The notes: generated by a model not told the origin, from the letters alone. DNA of 60,247 nucleotides from an uncultured Candidatus Saccharibacteria bacterium (GCA_964625065.1 CAZUZL010000006.1:1-60247), one strand, 5' to 3'; counted from the first letter of the stretch, positions 37,187 through 47,565 are shown. Numbers and translations are program-made.

Positions 37187-38923
37187 TTAATCTCTGTCGT
37201 CGGCTAAGTTAAACACTTCTGTCATTGGTATTTCGCCTTGTAGACTTTTCAGAAAACCGTCTTCGCGCATGGTTATAAAGCCTTTTGTTCTGGCTAGTTT
37301 ATATATGTCCGAGTCTGATGGTGTTTTAAGTATCAAGCTCTGCATGTCGCGATCTATTTTAAACACTTCATGTACACCGACACGGCCTTTTGTTCCAGTC
37401 GGAGATTCAGGTGAAGGTACCGTGTCTATTATAGTAGCCGGTAGTGGGTAGTCTTTTTTATATTGTTCGGGTAAGTCTGCAAAGTATTTTTCATACTGTT
37501 CTGCAACTACAGGTAACATAGGTACTTCTTTACGGGCTGATGGGTGTGTGTGTCTAACTAGACGTTGTGCCATAGCTAGTATCAAAGTTGGGCCAATTAG
37601 GTATGGGTCTACACCCATGTCTATTAAACGTGGCACTACACCGGCCGCACTGTTGGTGTGCAGTGTAGACAAAACCAGGTGTCCAGTTAGTGCAGCTTGA
37701 ATAGCCAGCTGGGCTGTTTCTTTGTCGCGTATTTCCCCCACCATTATAATGTTTGGGTCCTGGCGTAGTATTGAACGTAGTCCTGACGCAAATGTGTAAC
37801 CGATATCCGGCATAACTTGCGACTGGTTTACCATAGGTATGTTGTATTCTACTGGGTCTTCTAATGAAACAACGTTAAGTTTTTCGCGGTCTAGTTCGTT
37901 TAACATTGAATACAATGTTGTAGATTTACCTGAACCTGTAGGGCCAGTTATTAAAATCAAACCGTATGGTTTTGTTAGTGCTTCTCTAACTAAACTTAAA
38001 TTTCTAGCTGACAGACCTATAGAATCTAAGGCCTTAACACCCTGGTCACTGTCTAGAATACGTATAACAATTTTTTCACCATAAACTGCTGGAAATGTAG
38101 ACACACGGAAGTCTACTTTGCGTCCATCAATTTTAGTTGAAAAAGACCCATCTTGTGGTTTACGTTTTTCGTCTAAACGTAGTTTAGATAAAATTTTAAT
38201 TCTGGCTATAACACCACTGTATGTGTTTAATGGTAGTACTAACGAAGTATGCAGTATGCCGTCTACACGGAAACGTACTAGAACTTTTTCTCCGCTGTTT
38301 TCTATGTGTATGTCAGAAGCGTCGCCCTCTATAGCGTGGCGTAGTATAACTGCAACAATTTTTATTATCGGAGCGTCTTCGACTATTTTGTTCTGATCAG
38401 TGGCAATGTTTTTCTGACTACCAACTTCGTTTGAAGCCGCAGCTAGTTCGCCGTCTATAGAATCGAAATCTGTCAGCGCTTGACCAACTTCACCAGTCAG
38501 GCCACTGTACCTTTTTAAAACCAAAGACAGGTCGTCTGAAGTAATAAGAAAAATTTTAAAAGCAAAACCTTCTTTACTAGCTATAAACTGTAGTGCATTT
38601 GAAGCCTCGGTATGGTCTGGGTCTGTCATTCCGACTTCCAAAATACCGTCTTTCATATCTATAGGTACTATGTGGTAGTGTTCAGCAGACTCGATAGGTA
38701 TGTATTTTAAAATTTCGTCAGTTATATTTTTTAAATCTACATTTTTAGTTGGTATACCAAAATACGCACCTTTTGCGTCGCGTAGTGCATATGGGTCTAC
38801 ACCTGCATCTACCAGAGCAACATCTAAAGTGTCGATACCTTCAGTACCAATTTTAGATTGAGCTTCCTGAATTTGCGATTCAGTTGCCTTTTTTTGTTCT
38901 AGAAGAGTGTCGATGTAACTCAT
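37187..38923 (-). CDS. pilB: type IV pilus assembly ATPase PilB (GspE family)
   Basis: N-terminal GspII_E-like domain, ASDIHIE, Walker A GPTGSGKSTT, IMVGEIRD and TGHLVLSTLHTN. Confidence 0.9.
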   Translation of the reverse strand: MSYIDTLLEQKKATESQIQEAQSKIGTEGIDTLDVALVDAGVDPYALRDAKGAYFGIPTKNVDLKNITDEILKYIPIESAEHYHIVPIDMKDGILEVGMTDPDHTEASNALQFIASKEGFAFKIFLITSDDLSLVLKRYSGLTGEVGQALTDFDSIDGELAAASNEVGSQKNIATDQNKIVEDAPIIKIVAVILRHAIEGDASDIHIENSGEKVLVRFRVDGILHTSLVLPLNTYSGVIARIKILSKLRLDEKRKPQDGSFSTKIDGRKVDFRVSTFPAVYGEKIVIRILDSDQGVKALDSIGLSARNLSLVREALTKPYGLILITGPTGSGKSTTLYSMLNELDREKLNVVSLEDPVEYNIPMVNQSQVMPDIGYTFASGLRSILRQDPNIIMVGEIRDKETAQLAIQAALTGHLVLSTLHTNSAAGVVPRLIDMGVDPYLIGPTLILAMAQRLVRHTHPSARKEVPMLPVVAEQYEKYFADLPEQYKKDYPLPATIIDTVPSPESPTGTKGRVGVHEVFKIDRDMQSLILKTPSDSDIYKLARTKGFITMREDGFLKSLQGEIPMTEVFNLADDRD

Positions 38924-38925
38924 AA

Positions 38926-39369
38926 TTATTTCTTCTTAGTAGTTTTAGTGGTTGGTAATGCAGCCGGTGGTGTAGTACTTGGTGTGGTGTTATTTTGTAT
39001 TGTAGTGTCTACAGCTGGAGTAGTTATGTTTATTAGATCAGAATCTAACGGTGCAAAAGGGTTAGCACGGCCTATCAAAGAAGAATCTTGTAGAACTATA
39101 GACTGTGTGTAGTCTTGTAAACTTTTATAAACTGAGTTTTCAAAAAAACTAGTTGCCAGTGTTATGTTTTTTATTTTTGACAGCGATGCTAAAAACTGTT
39201 GGCTAAGTTCGTTGGTGGTATCTGTTGATGTATTTTGCACATCGACAACACTTGTTGTTGTTAGATTAGTTGTGTTTGTTGTGTCTTTTTTGAAAAATGC
39301 AAAATATGCAACACCGCCGACAAGGGCAATTATTATTATGAATATAATACTGTTTCTAAATGTTTTCAT
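38926..39369 (-). CDS. single-pass membrane protein, Thr-rich (PilP-position protein)
   Basis: N-terminal TM helix (IIFIIIIALVGGVAYFAF), Thr/Asn-rich linkers, and a position between pilO-like and pilB. No family recognised. Confidence 0.5.
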   Translation of the reverse strand: MKTFRNSIIFIIIIALVGGVAYFAFFKKDTTNTTNLTTTSVVDVQNTSTDTTNELSQQFLASLSKIKNITLATSFFENSVYKSLQDYTQSIVLQDSSLIGRANPFAPLDSDLINITTPAVDTTIQNNTTPSTTPPAALPTTKTTKKK

Positions 39370-39372
39370 ATA

Positions 39373-39966
39373 TTAATTCTTAAGCCAATATGTTTGGGCA
39401 GTTACTGCAAATTCGTAAACGTCCGGTGGTGTTTTGCCGTCTGTTTTATCAGGGGGTGTACCAAATGCAACATTTGTAACATCTAATATACGTAAACTAC
39501 GTTCTACTGCTTGTAAAAATGTAACAAAATTCTGGTATGTACCTGTCATGGTAAAACGTATAACATACGAACCGTACGGCAACATGTCTGCCGGGTTTGT
39601 AGATACAGGAGTGCCGGCTTGTGTGTCGACTTTTTTAGTTAACTGGTCTGGGTTATAGTCAACTTTTTTTAAAGTCATACCGGAAATTGCTATTATTTCA
39701 CTCATGTCTTTTATTAGACGAACTGTTTCAACTGAATCAGGCACAAGGGTTTTAAGTCTAGACACTTGTGTTTGGTCTATAGACTGGTATTTAGTAGTTA
39801 AGTCTGAGCCCAGTATTTTATATTGTTTTGCATTATCTAATGCTTCGTTCAACGAAACTTGTTTTAGTTGCAACGAGTTCAATGCTTGGTATTGACCATT
39901 AGTAAAGAAAACATACAGTAGTACGGCACATGCGGCTATTATTATGGCTGAAATTGTTTTTAGCAT
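39373..39966 (-). CDS. pilO: PilO-like pilus assembly protein
   Basis: N-terminal TM helix, then a coiled coil, then an alpha/beta domain. The position after the PilN-like gene supports the call, which rests mostly on context. Confidence 0.5.
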   Translation of the reverse strand: MLKTISAIIIAACAVLLYVFFTNGQYQALNSLQLKQVSLNEALDNAKQYKILGSDLTTKYQSIDQTQVSRLKTLVPDSVETVRLIKDMSEIIAISGMTLKKVDYNPDQLTKKVDTQAGTPVSTNPADMLPYGSYVIRFTMTGTYQNFVTFLQAVERSLRILDVTNVAFGTPPDKTDGKTPPDVYEFAVTAQTYWLKN

Positions 39967-39967
39967 A

Positions 39968-40561
39968 TTATTTTGTTATATGGTTACTATATTTCATATA
40001 AGACGGGTCGACCGTAAATGATAAGTCAAAACCAATGTTACCGTCTATTGTAGGTACAAGGTTTGAAAAAATAGGGTCGCGTATAAAACGGTTTTTAGCA
40101 AACATGTCAGACTGCAGGGCTATAGCATCGTAGCTTTTTGCTACACCTGAAATTTTAATTGTAACTAACGCGCCTGCCCCTACTGTTTGTTCTGCGTTAA
40201 ATTTTGTATACCTAATGGTTTTTAAAGTAGATTCGCCCAAAGTTACAAGTAATGGTGAAAATGAAACGTGGTTACCAAGTATTTCTTGGGCTACAGAAAG
40301 CCTGCGGTTTGTGTCTTCTATTGTAAAAGCTAAGTCTGCATCAAAAGAAACACTGGACTGTTCTAGTTGCTTTTGCATATCTACAACCTTTGCATCTACT
40401 GTAGAACGGTAAACATACATACCACCCGCTAATGCAACGGAAACAACCAACAATATAGTTGCTAACAAAACCAAAATACTAACACCCCCATTTTGTTGGT
40501 TGTTACTGGTTTCCACCAAAGGTTTTTTAGGTATAAATGTTGTTTGAAATGTTGGTTCCAT
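39968..40561 (-). CDS. pilN: PilN-like pilus assembly protein
   Basis: A short cytoplasmic N-terminus, one TM helix (ILVLLATILLVVSVALAGG) and a periplasm-side domain, directly after pilM. The call rests mostly on context. Confidence 0.5.
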   Translation of the reverse strand: MEPTFQTTFIPKKPLVETSNNQQNGGVSILVLLATILLVVSVALAGGMYVYRSTVDAKVVDMQKQLEQSSVSFDADLAFTIEDTNRRLSVAQEILGNHVSFSPLLVTLGESTLKTIRYTKFNAEQTVGAGALVTIKISGVAKSYDAIALQSDMFAKNRFIRDPIFSNLVPTIDGNIGFDLSFTVDPSYMKYSNHITK

Positions 40562-40571
40562 GGTTTATAAA

Positions 40572-41681
40572 TTATGAACGAAGAAGTCTTAATGCTGCAC
40601 CTATAGCACCTACAAATTCTGGGCCGATGTTTTTTAAAGTTGGTGCTAAGAATTCTGGTGAATCCATTTTATTAAAAGGTTCTGCATATGCAACGTCGCA
40701 TCTAAATGCATTTTCTGCTTCTTGTGCAAAACCTTTTATTCTAGACGAACCGCCGTACATTATAACCTTACTGACTGCTTTATTATACTTCTTTTCATAC
40801 TCTAAAACTACCGAATTAGCTTCAGACAAAATATAATCTGTGGATAACCGTACTAAATCTGAAACATAAGAAAATTCAGGTGTACTTTGCAAACCGTGTG
40901 TAATTTTAAGTTCTTCGGCTCTGGCAAATGTTATACCTTTTGATGTTGCTATAGATTGTGTAATATCTGCACCACCTTTGTTTATTATGTGCACATGCCA
41001 CACTACACCGTATTCGACTATTGTTAGTTTTGTTTTAGACGCACCCATGTCTATAAGTAAAACTGGGGAAAGTTCCCTACCAAGCACAGCCCTCACTGCA
41101 CTAAAAATTTCTACTTCTAAAAACTGCGATTCTAGTTTAGTTGGCATTATAATGTTTTGAAAACGTTTTACAGTGTCGCCTAAAACAGCAACAACTAATA
41201 TTTCTTTTTTGTTTTGTGTTGGGTCTTGGCCAACTAAATCTAGGCCTTCACGTTTTGGTATAACAAACCAGTCTAGTGTTACGTCTGCTATTGCAACAGG
41301 TATATGCGAACGGGCTTCGTTTTTTACAACTTCTGGTAGTTCAGATTCGCCTATTGCGTCGGGTAGCTCTAAAATAAATACCAATGCATTTTGACTTGGT
41401 AGTACAAAAGCCGCAGTTGCAGTGCTACTTTTCATTTCGTTTACTATATCTACTACTGCACCAGCTACAACTGCTGGTTCTAGGTTAGTTACAGTACCGT
41501 GGTCTGTTTTGTTATATGTACCCAACGACAATGCACCATAAGTTTCTAGTATAGCTTTGCCATCGACAAGCTTAGCTTGAACAGCCTTTATCGATGCAGA
41601 ACCTATATCAATACCAATAACACTACCAACTTTGGCTTTACCGAAAATTGAATTGAAAAATTCAGAAATACTATTGCTCAT
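40572..41681 (-). CDS. pilM: PilM, actin-like pilus assembly ATPase
   Basis: The motifs VIGIDIGSASIKAV and LLIDMGASKTKLTIV are actin/Hsp70-fold phosphate motifs. Also IMYGGSSRIKGF. Confidence 0.8.
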   Translation of the reverse strand: MSNSISEFFNSIFGKAKVGSVIGIDIGSASIKAVQAKLVDGKAILETYGALSLGTYNKTDHGTVTNLEPAVVAGAVVDIVNEMKSSTATAAFVLPSQNALVFILELPDAIGESELPEVVKNEARSHIPVAIADVTLDWFVIPKREGLDLVGQDPTQNKKEILVVAVLGDTVKRFQNIIMPTKLESQFLEVEIFSAVRAVLGRELSPVLLIDMGASKTKLTIVEYGVVWHVHIINKGGADITQSIATSKGITFARAEELKITHGLQSTPEFSYVSDLVRLSTDYILSEANSVVLEYEKKYNKAVSKVIMYGGSSRIKGFAQEAENAFRCDVAYAEPFNKMDSPEFLAPTLKNIGPEFVGAIGAALRLLRS

Positions 41682-41711
41682 ATATACAAATAGTATACCA
41701 TATATGTATAT

Positions 41712-42386
41712 ATGAAGTCATTACTATACAAAGTAATTTCGTTCTTATTACCCCACTATTGTTTGGGCTGTAAAAGACACGGCCCGATTATATGCAAAAA
41801 ATGCCTACTAACAATACCCCCACCAGAACGCGACCTGCCACGCGGTATATATGCACTGTTTGACTACCGTGACCCGATAATTAAAAAAGCTTTATGGAAT
41901 TTAAAATATGCCAATGTACCTGAACTAGCTAATATTGTTGCACCGCAAATGCACGAAACTATTTTAGAAATACTTTCCGAAGAATATGCTCTGGTCGAAG
42001 CAAATAAAATAATTATAATACCAATACCAACTTCGGGCGACAAGACCAAAAAAAGAACATACAACCATGCATACAAAATAGCACAAGCTGTGGTGGCATA
42101 TCAGAATAAAATAATTGAGCAACACTGGCAACTGACGGACCCTTTAATAAAAATCAAAAAAACTGAACGTCAGGCAATGGTCAAAGGCCGTGACAAACGT
42201 ATTAAAAACATTCAGGGGGCTTTCGACGTTAAAAGAGAATTCCTAAATTATTCACAGGGACTTGAAAATGCGTTTTTTATAATAGTAGACGACATTACCA
42301 CCACAGGTGCCAGTATTTCAGAAGCTATGCGCGCATTAAAACCATTAAAGCCCCGCCATATGTTTGGCATTACAATTGCGCACTAG
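41712..42386 (+). CDS. comF: ComF-family phosphoribosyltransferase-domain protein
   Basis: N-terminal CLGC..CKKC zinc motif, and the C-terminal PRTase signature FFIIVDDITTTGASI. Confidence 0.8.
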   Translation: MKSLLYKVISFLLPHYCLGCKRHGPIICKKCLLTIPPPERDLPRGIYALFDYRDPIIKKALWNLKYANVPELANIVAPQMHETILEILSEEYALVEANKIIIIPIPTSGDKTKKRTYNHAYKIAQAVVAYQNKIIEQHWQLTDPLIKIKKTERQAMVKGRDKRIKNIQGAFDVKREFLNYSQGLENAFFIIVDDITTTGASISEAMRALKPLKPRHMFGITIAH

Positions 42387-42392
42387 ATATTT

Positions 42393-42854
42393 TTAATTAA
42401 CATCTATACCTTTTTCTATTAATATTTTTTTAATACTAACATACATTGAAACTAGTCGCCCTAAGAAAACACCCGCTAAAAAAGCAAAAGCAAATGCAGT
42501 TACAAGTGGTGCCCGAACAAACTGTTCAAATATTTTAGTGCGTAATATTGTAAACACAGAATACAAAACCAATATTACAGTACCCATTCTGTCTATACGA
42601 AAAGCCACCTTAGCATGCGATTCATGCCAATGAATATTAAAAATGCGACTTGTTATAAAACCAGTACCCAGCCCAAGCAGAAAACCCACAATGGCTAATA
42701 CTGGGCCAATAGTACCGTCTGTAATGTCGTAAGCTATTAAACACACCATGGGTACTAAAATTATAAAAAACAGCCTTATGCGGTTCATTAGTGGTTTGTC
42801 CAGATACGTGCGGGCAAGTTCGTTGGTTTTACGTATTGAGAATAAATTAAACAT
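42393..42854 (-). CDS. integral membrane protein, unknown function
   Basis: Four hydrophobic helices. No family recognised. Confidence 0.6.
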   Translation of the reverse strand: MFNLFSIRKTNELARTYLDKPLMNRIRLFFIILVPMVCLIAYDITDGTIGPVLAIVGFLLGLGTGFITSRIFNIHWHESHAKVAFRIDRMGTVILVLYSVFTILRTKIFEQFVRAPLVTAFAFAFLAGVFLGRLVSMYVSIKKILIEKGIDVN

Positions 42855-42915
42855 ATATATCTATACATTATATATTATAATTACTTTTTTTATAATATTA
42901 TAGTATTATAAACTT

Positions 42916-43569
42916 ATGAATTCAGAAATAACAGAATCTATACCAGTTATCCAAACTGGCCCCAAAGAAATTTTTGTACAGATATTTTTAATTTTTATAC
43001 TACCCATTGTACTTATAAACCTTGGAATTATACCTATACAGTACAGAGTTATACTAATAGTGGCCATTGTAACTGCATTAGTTTTACTTTTGTTAAAAGA
43101 AAAATGGACATGGCACACACTGGGCATAGGTAACAAAACATTTAAAAAGTATTTTTTACCTTACTTATTATTTACCGCTATCAGTGTGGTTTGTGTTAGT
43201 TTTTTTAGCGAAAAGATTGGCCAAGAAGAAATAGCCCGTTGGTGGACATACAAACATTTTATATATGGGTTTTTTGTAGTATCTTTATTCCAAGAAGTTG
43301 CATACCGTGCGTATTTAATACCCGCCCTAGCCAAACTTACTAGCCGACCAGCAATAATACTTCTGACAAACACATTGTTGTTTACGTTTTTGCACACTAT
43401 ATTTCCAAACCCAGTTTTTGGACTACCATTAGCATTTGCAGGCGGTATAGGTTTTGCCCTAATGTATATGCGTTTTCCAAACTTACCTTTGATAGTTCTA
43501 AGCCATGCAATATTAAACTTTACAGTAGTGTTGTACGGGTTTTTTGTAATACCTGGTGTTACACACTAA
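42916..43569 (+). CDS. CPBP-family intramembrane glutamic protease (CAAX protease/Abi)
   Basis: Motifs FQEVAYRAYL (EExxxR variant) and FTFLHT (FxxxH) in a polytopic protein. Confidence 0.75.
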   Translation: MNSEITESIPVIQTGPKEIFVQIFLIFILPIVLINLGIIPIQYRVILIVAIVTALVLLLLKEKWTWHTLGIGNKTFKKYFLPYLLFTAISVVCVSFFSEKIGQEEIARWWTYKHFIYGFFVVSLFQEVAYRAYLIPALAKLTSRPAIILLTNTLLFTFLHTIFPNPVFGLPLAFAGGIGFALMYMRFPNLPLIVLSHAILNFTVVLYGFFVIPGVTH

Positions 43570-43585
43570 ATTTATAAACTAAATA

Positions 43586-43618
43586 AAAACAGCCTTTAAT
43601 ATAAAGGCTGTTTTTATT
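43586..43618. terminator. bidirectional intrinsic terminator
   Basis: ACAGCCTTTA/TAAAGGCTGT stem between convergent genes. Confidence 0.6.
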
Positions 43619-43630
43619 TATTAAATACCA

Positions 43631-45490
43631 CTACCAACTGCCACCGCCCCCACCTCCGCCACCACCACCTGACGAACCAGAAGATGACCCTGAAGACGAA
43701 CCCGACGACATAAATGCAGAATTGTTACCCATACCAGAGACCATAGGTATAGTGGTGTTAGACAAATGCGACATGCTTTGCATCAGTGCCATAGAAGTAA
43801 ACCTTGCATTGTACGAATCTACATACCATGTTGGTTCTGTTGTATATATACCTTCAAATTCTTTTGCCCATTTTTGCTCTAGCCCGAACACCATTGCATA
43901 TGGTAAAAGTTTTTCAAAAAGTTCAGGTGTCTTAGCCGGCGCATTGTGGAATTTAATTCTATCTGCTTCGGCAACGCTAATATACAATTTTAAACCAAGT
44001 AATTTACGTTCTGCCTCTAGGCCATCTATATTTAGTCTGTTTTTACGTGGCTTTATTATAGTGTAAATAAGGCCAATCAAAATACATGACGCAGAAAAAA
44101 TTAAACCAATCTGTTTACCCAAAAACAACCATACAAACACACCGGGGTTTATAGCAAGGAAAATAGATAGAAATACTGCAAATGAATAAAAGTTGCTGTT
44201 CTTACTTGAGAAACTGATTTTATTAATAATTTTTTTAGAAGCCAATGAACTAGTAACATTTTCTATTATTTCTTTAACCGTTATATTAAAACCGTCTGCT
44301 AGTTCTGATTCAGTTTTGCCAGCTATACCGGATAGAAGTGTTTTATAAGTTTTACTTAAACCTGTTGTGTCTTTGTTTGTTTTATTAAAAACATACTGGT
44401 CGTCGACTCTACTAATAACAATATGGCCCTGTATTGCTAGGTCTACTATCTGTGCAGATATGTTTTTATTTAAAATATTTCCGTACACAATACCAGCGGC
44501 CTCTAGCGGGTCTAAACCATATGCACCATATTCGGCTATAATAGTATTGTTTTTGTAGAACCGTCTACGTTCTAACCAGTAAGCAAGCGACTTTCTAAAC
44601 CACAAAAAACTAACTAATATAGGAAGCGGCAAAACCCAGTATTTATGTAAAAATTTATATACATAATCAGTTTTAGTTGGGTATGCAACTATGTTTTTAG
44701 GAAAAGCTGTGGCTATAGTCAAACCTTCCTCTGTGTCTAGGTACGAGTCTGATGCACTAGAAAAATATATTTTTGTAGTATTGTTAGCAACATTGTAATT
44801 ATAAACACTTTTACCACACACATCTTTACTTCCTGAAATACCGCAGTACGAAGCCAAATGTAAACTAGATTCTGGTATATTGCCCGGCAATGTTACATAC
44901 GCCTCGGCATGCCATATTGGCACCTGCCATCCGTTACCGGTTACATTCCAGTATATTTCTGTTCTGTCGTCGAAATACCCCAATGCGTTTTTCAAGTCAT
45001 AAGAAATAACGTATGTATGTAAACCAGATATGGTTTTGTCTGCGTCACCTATTTTAAGACTAACCTGTTTACTGCCAAAAATAGCATTTCCGCCACTTTG
45101 TTCAAATGTATATACCGTACCGTTTTCGTCTGTTACATTTATATTTTTAATTTGCAAAGTGTCAAAACTACCAACTACGTCTGTTAGTGGTATTTTTCGC
45201 AATATGCCGTGTTTTTCATTGTCTTTAAAATCATATTGTATTGTTTCAGTTACATGTACAGATGCATCAGTGTTTACAACAATATCAGATTTGAAGTTTT
45301 TAATTATTTCTGAAAAGTCGTCTACTGTTAACGTGTCGGGGTAATCTTCTGTTGTAACACTGGTTTGTGTTTCTGGAACAACATTATTTATCTGTTTAGA
45401 ATTATTAGCAAAAACAGGTTGGGTACTTATAAAAACCAATGTAATTAAACATAGGAAAGTTGCTGTATAAATATTTACTTTTTTATTCAT
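43631..45490 (-). CDS. DUF2207-like membrane protein
   Basis: Signal sequence, a large extracytoplasmic N-terminal domain, several TM helices and a C-terminal Ser/Gly tail (SSGSSSGSSSGSSGGGGGGGGGGSW), as typical of DUF2207 proteins. Confidence 0.7.
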   Translation of the reverse strand: MNKKVNIYTATFLCLITLVFISTQPVFANNSKQINNVVPETQTSVTTEDYPDTLTVDDFSEIIKNFKSDIVVNTDASVHVTETIQYDFKDNEKHGILRKIPLTDVVGSFDTLQIKNINVTDENGTVYTFEQSGGNAIFGSKQVSLKIGDADKTISGLHTYVISYDLKNALGYFDDRTEIYWNVTGNGWQVPIWHAEAYVTLPGNIPESSLHLASYCGISGSKDVCGKSVYNYNVANNTTKIYFSSASDSYLDTEEGLTIATAFPKNIVAYPTKTDYVYKFLHKYWVLPLPILVSFLWFRKSLAYWLERRRFYKNNTIIAEYGAYGLDPLEAAGIVYGNILNKNISAQIVDLAIQGHIVISRVDDQYVFNKTNKDTTGLSKTYKTLLSGIAGKTESELADGFNITVKEIIENVTSSLASKKIINKISFSSKNSNFYSFAVFLSIFLAINPGVFVWLFLGKQIGLIFSASCILIGLIYTIIKPRKNRLNIDGLEAERKLLGLKLYISVAEADRIKFHNAPAKTPELFEKLLPYAMVFGLEQKWAKEFEGIYTTEPTWYVDSYNARFTSMALMQSMSHLSNTTIPMVSGMGNNSAFMSSGSSSGSSSGSSGGGGGGGGGGSW

Positions 45491-45529
45491 ATAAACATTA
45501 TACTACATAAAACAAACACATTGCGAATG

Positions 45530-46147
45530 CTAAATTTTATTTACTATTGTTATGTCAAAAATATTGTTCAAGCCACCATTACTGCTGTATTCGCTATAAA
45601 TATACGACACGCCAGTTTTATTATTTTTAGCATTATAGTGTGTTTCCATACCACCTGGTACACCGGGTTCGGTTTCGTAACTAGATACAGTTTTGGTAGA
45701 TTCGTCTATAGTTATAGTATTGTTAATATTTGTAAAATATTCTACATCAACTTCTTTGCCGTTATATGTATATTTAAAAACAGCATTTTCTAAAATATTA
45801 GTTTGTGTATAAGGAACTTTAGAATTACTGATAATGTTTTTAACCATAAAACCAACCATAACAATAATAGGCACACACGCCACCACAGCCCATACAATAG
45901 AGTTATATTTTCTAGATAAAATAATACCCACAACTACCAATACTGGGTACAACAACATTGAAACACCACTGACTAAGCCTGTTGCAGACTTTGTAACCCC
46001 AGGCACGGCAAAAACCATCAATGCAGAAACAAACATTACCGGGTAAACAATAATAGGTGTTGCTGAAATTATATTTAGTACTGTTATAACTGTTTTAGGC
46101 ATTGTGTAGATTAAATTAATTTTTATAATAATATAATTATACAGCAA
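45530..46147 (-). CDS. membrane protein, unknown function
   Basis: Three TM helices, then a soluble C-terminal domain of about 90 aa. The start is possibly the Met at 46102. Confidence 0.55.
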   Translation of the reverse strand: MLYNYIIIKINLIYTMPKTVITVLNIISATPIIVYPVMFVSALMVFAVPGVTKSATGLVSGVSMLLYPVLVVVGIILSRKYNSIVWAVVACVPIIVMVGFMVKNIISNSKVPYTQTNILENAVFKYTYNGKEVDVEYFTNINNTITIDESTKTVSSYETEPGVPGGMETHYNAKNNKTGVSYIYSEYSSNGGLNNIFDITIVNKI

Positions 46148-46167
46148 CTGTAAAATTATAGAAATAA

Positions 46168-47565
46168 TTAAGAAACATAACTGTGTTGTATAGAAATGTC
46201 TGTACTTATTACTTCTTTCATATACAGGTCTTTACGCATATTAATACTGTCGAAATGTGTTAGCTCGCCCATAAAACCAACTATGGTTTCTGCGTCGCGC
46301 ATGGCATTGAACAGACATACACTGGCCCCCGGCGAAGGAGTCATGTTAAATATTGCATTGTCGCCTATTATTTTACCTTCGCCCAGTAACATTTCTTTAG
46401 TATTAGTATTAACACGCTGTAGGCGCATACCACCGTAACCCTTGGCCATTGTTACATCGTGCGCTGTTATAGTTGGTACAATTTTACGTACGTTTTTAAT
46501 AAACATACGTGTACCAATATAAGGCAGTTCGTATAGCATGTTTTCTAACAAATATTTAAAACGGATTGGGTCAAGTAAAATTTTGAAAAAGCTCAACCAT
46601 GTTTTACCACGTGCCAAACCAGAAGACTTAAAAAAGTCTTTCATTGTACTGAAATTTCTAGCTTCTAAAACCGGGTGGAAACGTGCTGTTGGACCCCAAC
46701 GTGTTTGACCAGGAACATTAACATCTGGGTCGCCATGTACAGCTGCAAATGGCAACTTTGGTTCCTGTACAGTGTAAACCTTTCCATTCAGAACTTGTTT
46801 TGAAAAATAAAAACTTCCAGCAATAGGTATTAAAGAAAATTCTTTGCCATAACCTAGTTGTTGGGCTAGTAGTAAACTGTACGAATCTGCATCGACAACT
46901 AAAATTTTAGTTTCTATGTTTGTGCCGTCTTTCATTATTAACTTATACCCTGTTTTATTTTTTACAATTTTAACTACATTATGTTCAAAAAGTGTATCTA
47001 TATTTGTGTTGTTTTTAACTGCATTGTTAATTAAAGACATTGCAAGTTTTTCAAAGTCTACCGCGTAACCTGTAGTTGTATACAGTGCCAGTAGTGGCAC
47101 AGATGCATCACGGCCCTGCACCACTGCAGGTTCAACAGACGCTATACCAGCCCGGTCTAGTTTTTGTAAGTCTGGGAAAAGAGGCTTTAAATCTGCATAA
47201 CGTTTTTCCAGTATAGCAACTTCGTGTGCACCAACAGCCAACACCATTTTAGTTGTTGGAAACAAAAATATGTTTCTTTCAGTTTCTGGCAACATATGTG
47301 CATAGTGTGCCACCATCATGGACGCTGGGTGTACGTCTTTAACTTTTTCTAAACTGTAGTTAGTTTCGATGTCGCCCACATGTAGTGTTTGGCTGTTGTT
47401 AGTTGCCTTCGAATTTACCTGCCCTGGTTTGGAGTATTTTTCTACCAGTGCAATATTTTCTATATTTGTATAAGTTGCCAATGTGTACAACAAAGCCGCC
47501 CCACTGGCCCCTGCCCCGATAATGGTTACGTCATATGGCTGTTTTGTTGTATTTAATGTAGACAT
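46168..47565 (-). CDS. mqo: FAD-dependent oxidoreductase of the malate:quinone oxidoreductase (Mqo) family
   Basis: DVTIIGAGASGAAL dinucleotide fold, NNSQTLHVGDIETNY (compare Mqo NNAGTGHSALCELNY), AAVHGDP and the SPGAS block near the C-terminus. Confidence 0.6.
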   Translation of the reverse strand: MSTLNTTKQPYDVTIIGAGASGAALLYTLATYTNIENIALVEKYSKPGQVNSKATNNSQTLHVGDIETNYSLEKVKDVHPASMMVAHYAHMLPETERNIFLFPTTKMVLAVGAHEVAILEKRYADLKPLFPDLQKLDRAGIASVEPAVVQGRDASVPLLALYTTTGYAVDFEKLAMSLINNAVKNNTNIDTLFEHNVVKIVKNKTGYKLIMKDGTNIETKILVVDADSYSLLLAQQLGYGKEFSLIPIAGSFYFSKQVLNGKVYTVQEPKLPFAAVHGDPDVNVPGQTRWGPTARFHPVLEARNFSTMKDFFKSSGLARGKTWLSFFKILLDPIRFKYLLENMLYELPYIGTRMFIKNVRKIVPTITAHDVTMAKGYGGMRLQRVNTNTKEMLLGEGKIIGDNAIFNMTPSPGASVCLFNAMRDAETIVGFMGELTHFDSINMRKDLYMKEVISTDISIQHSYVS

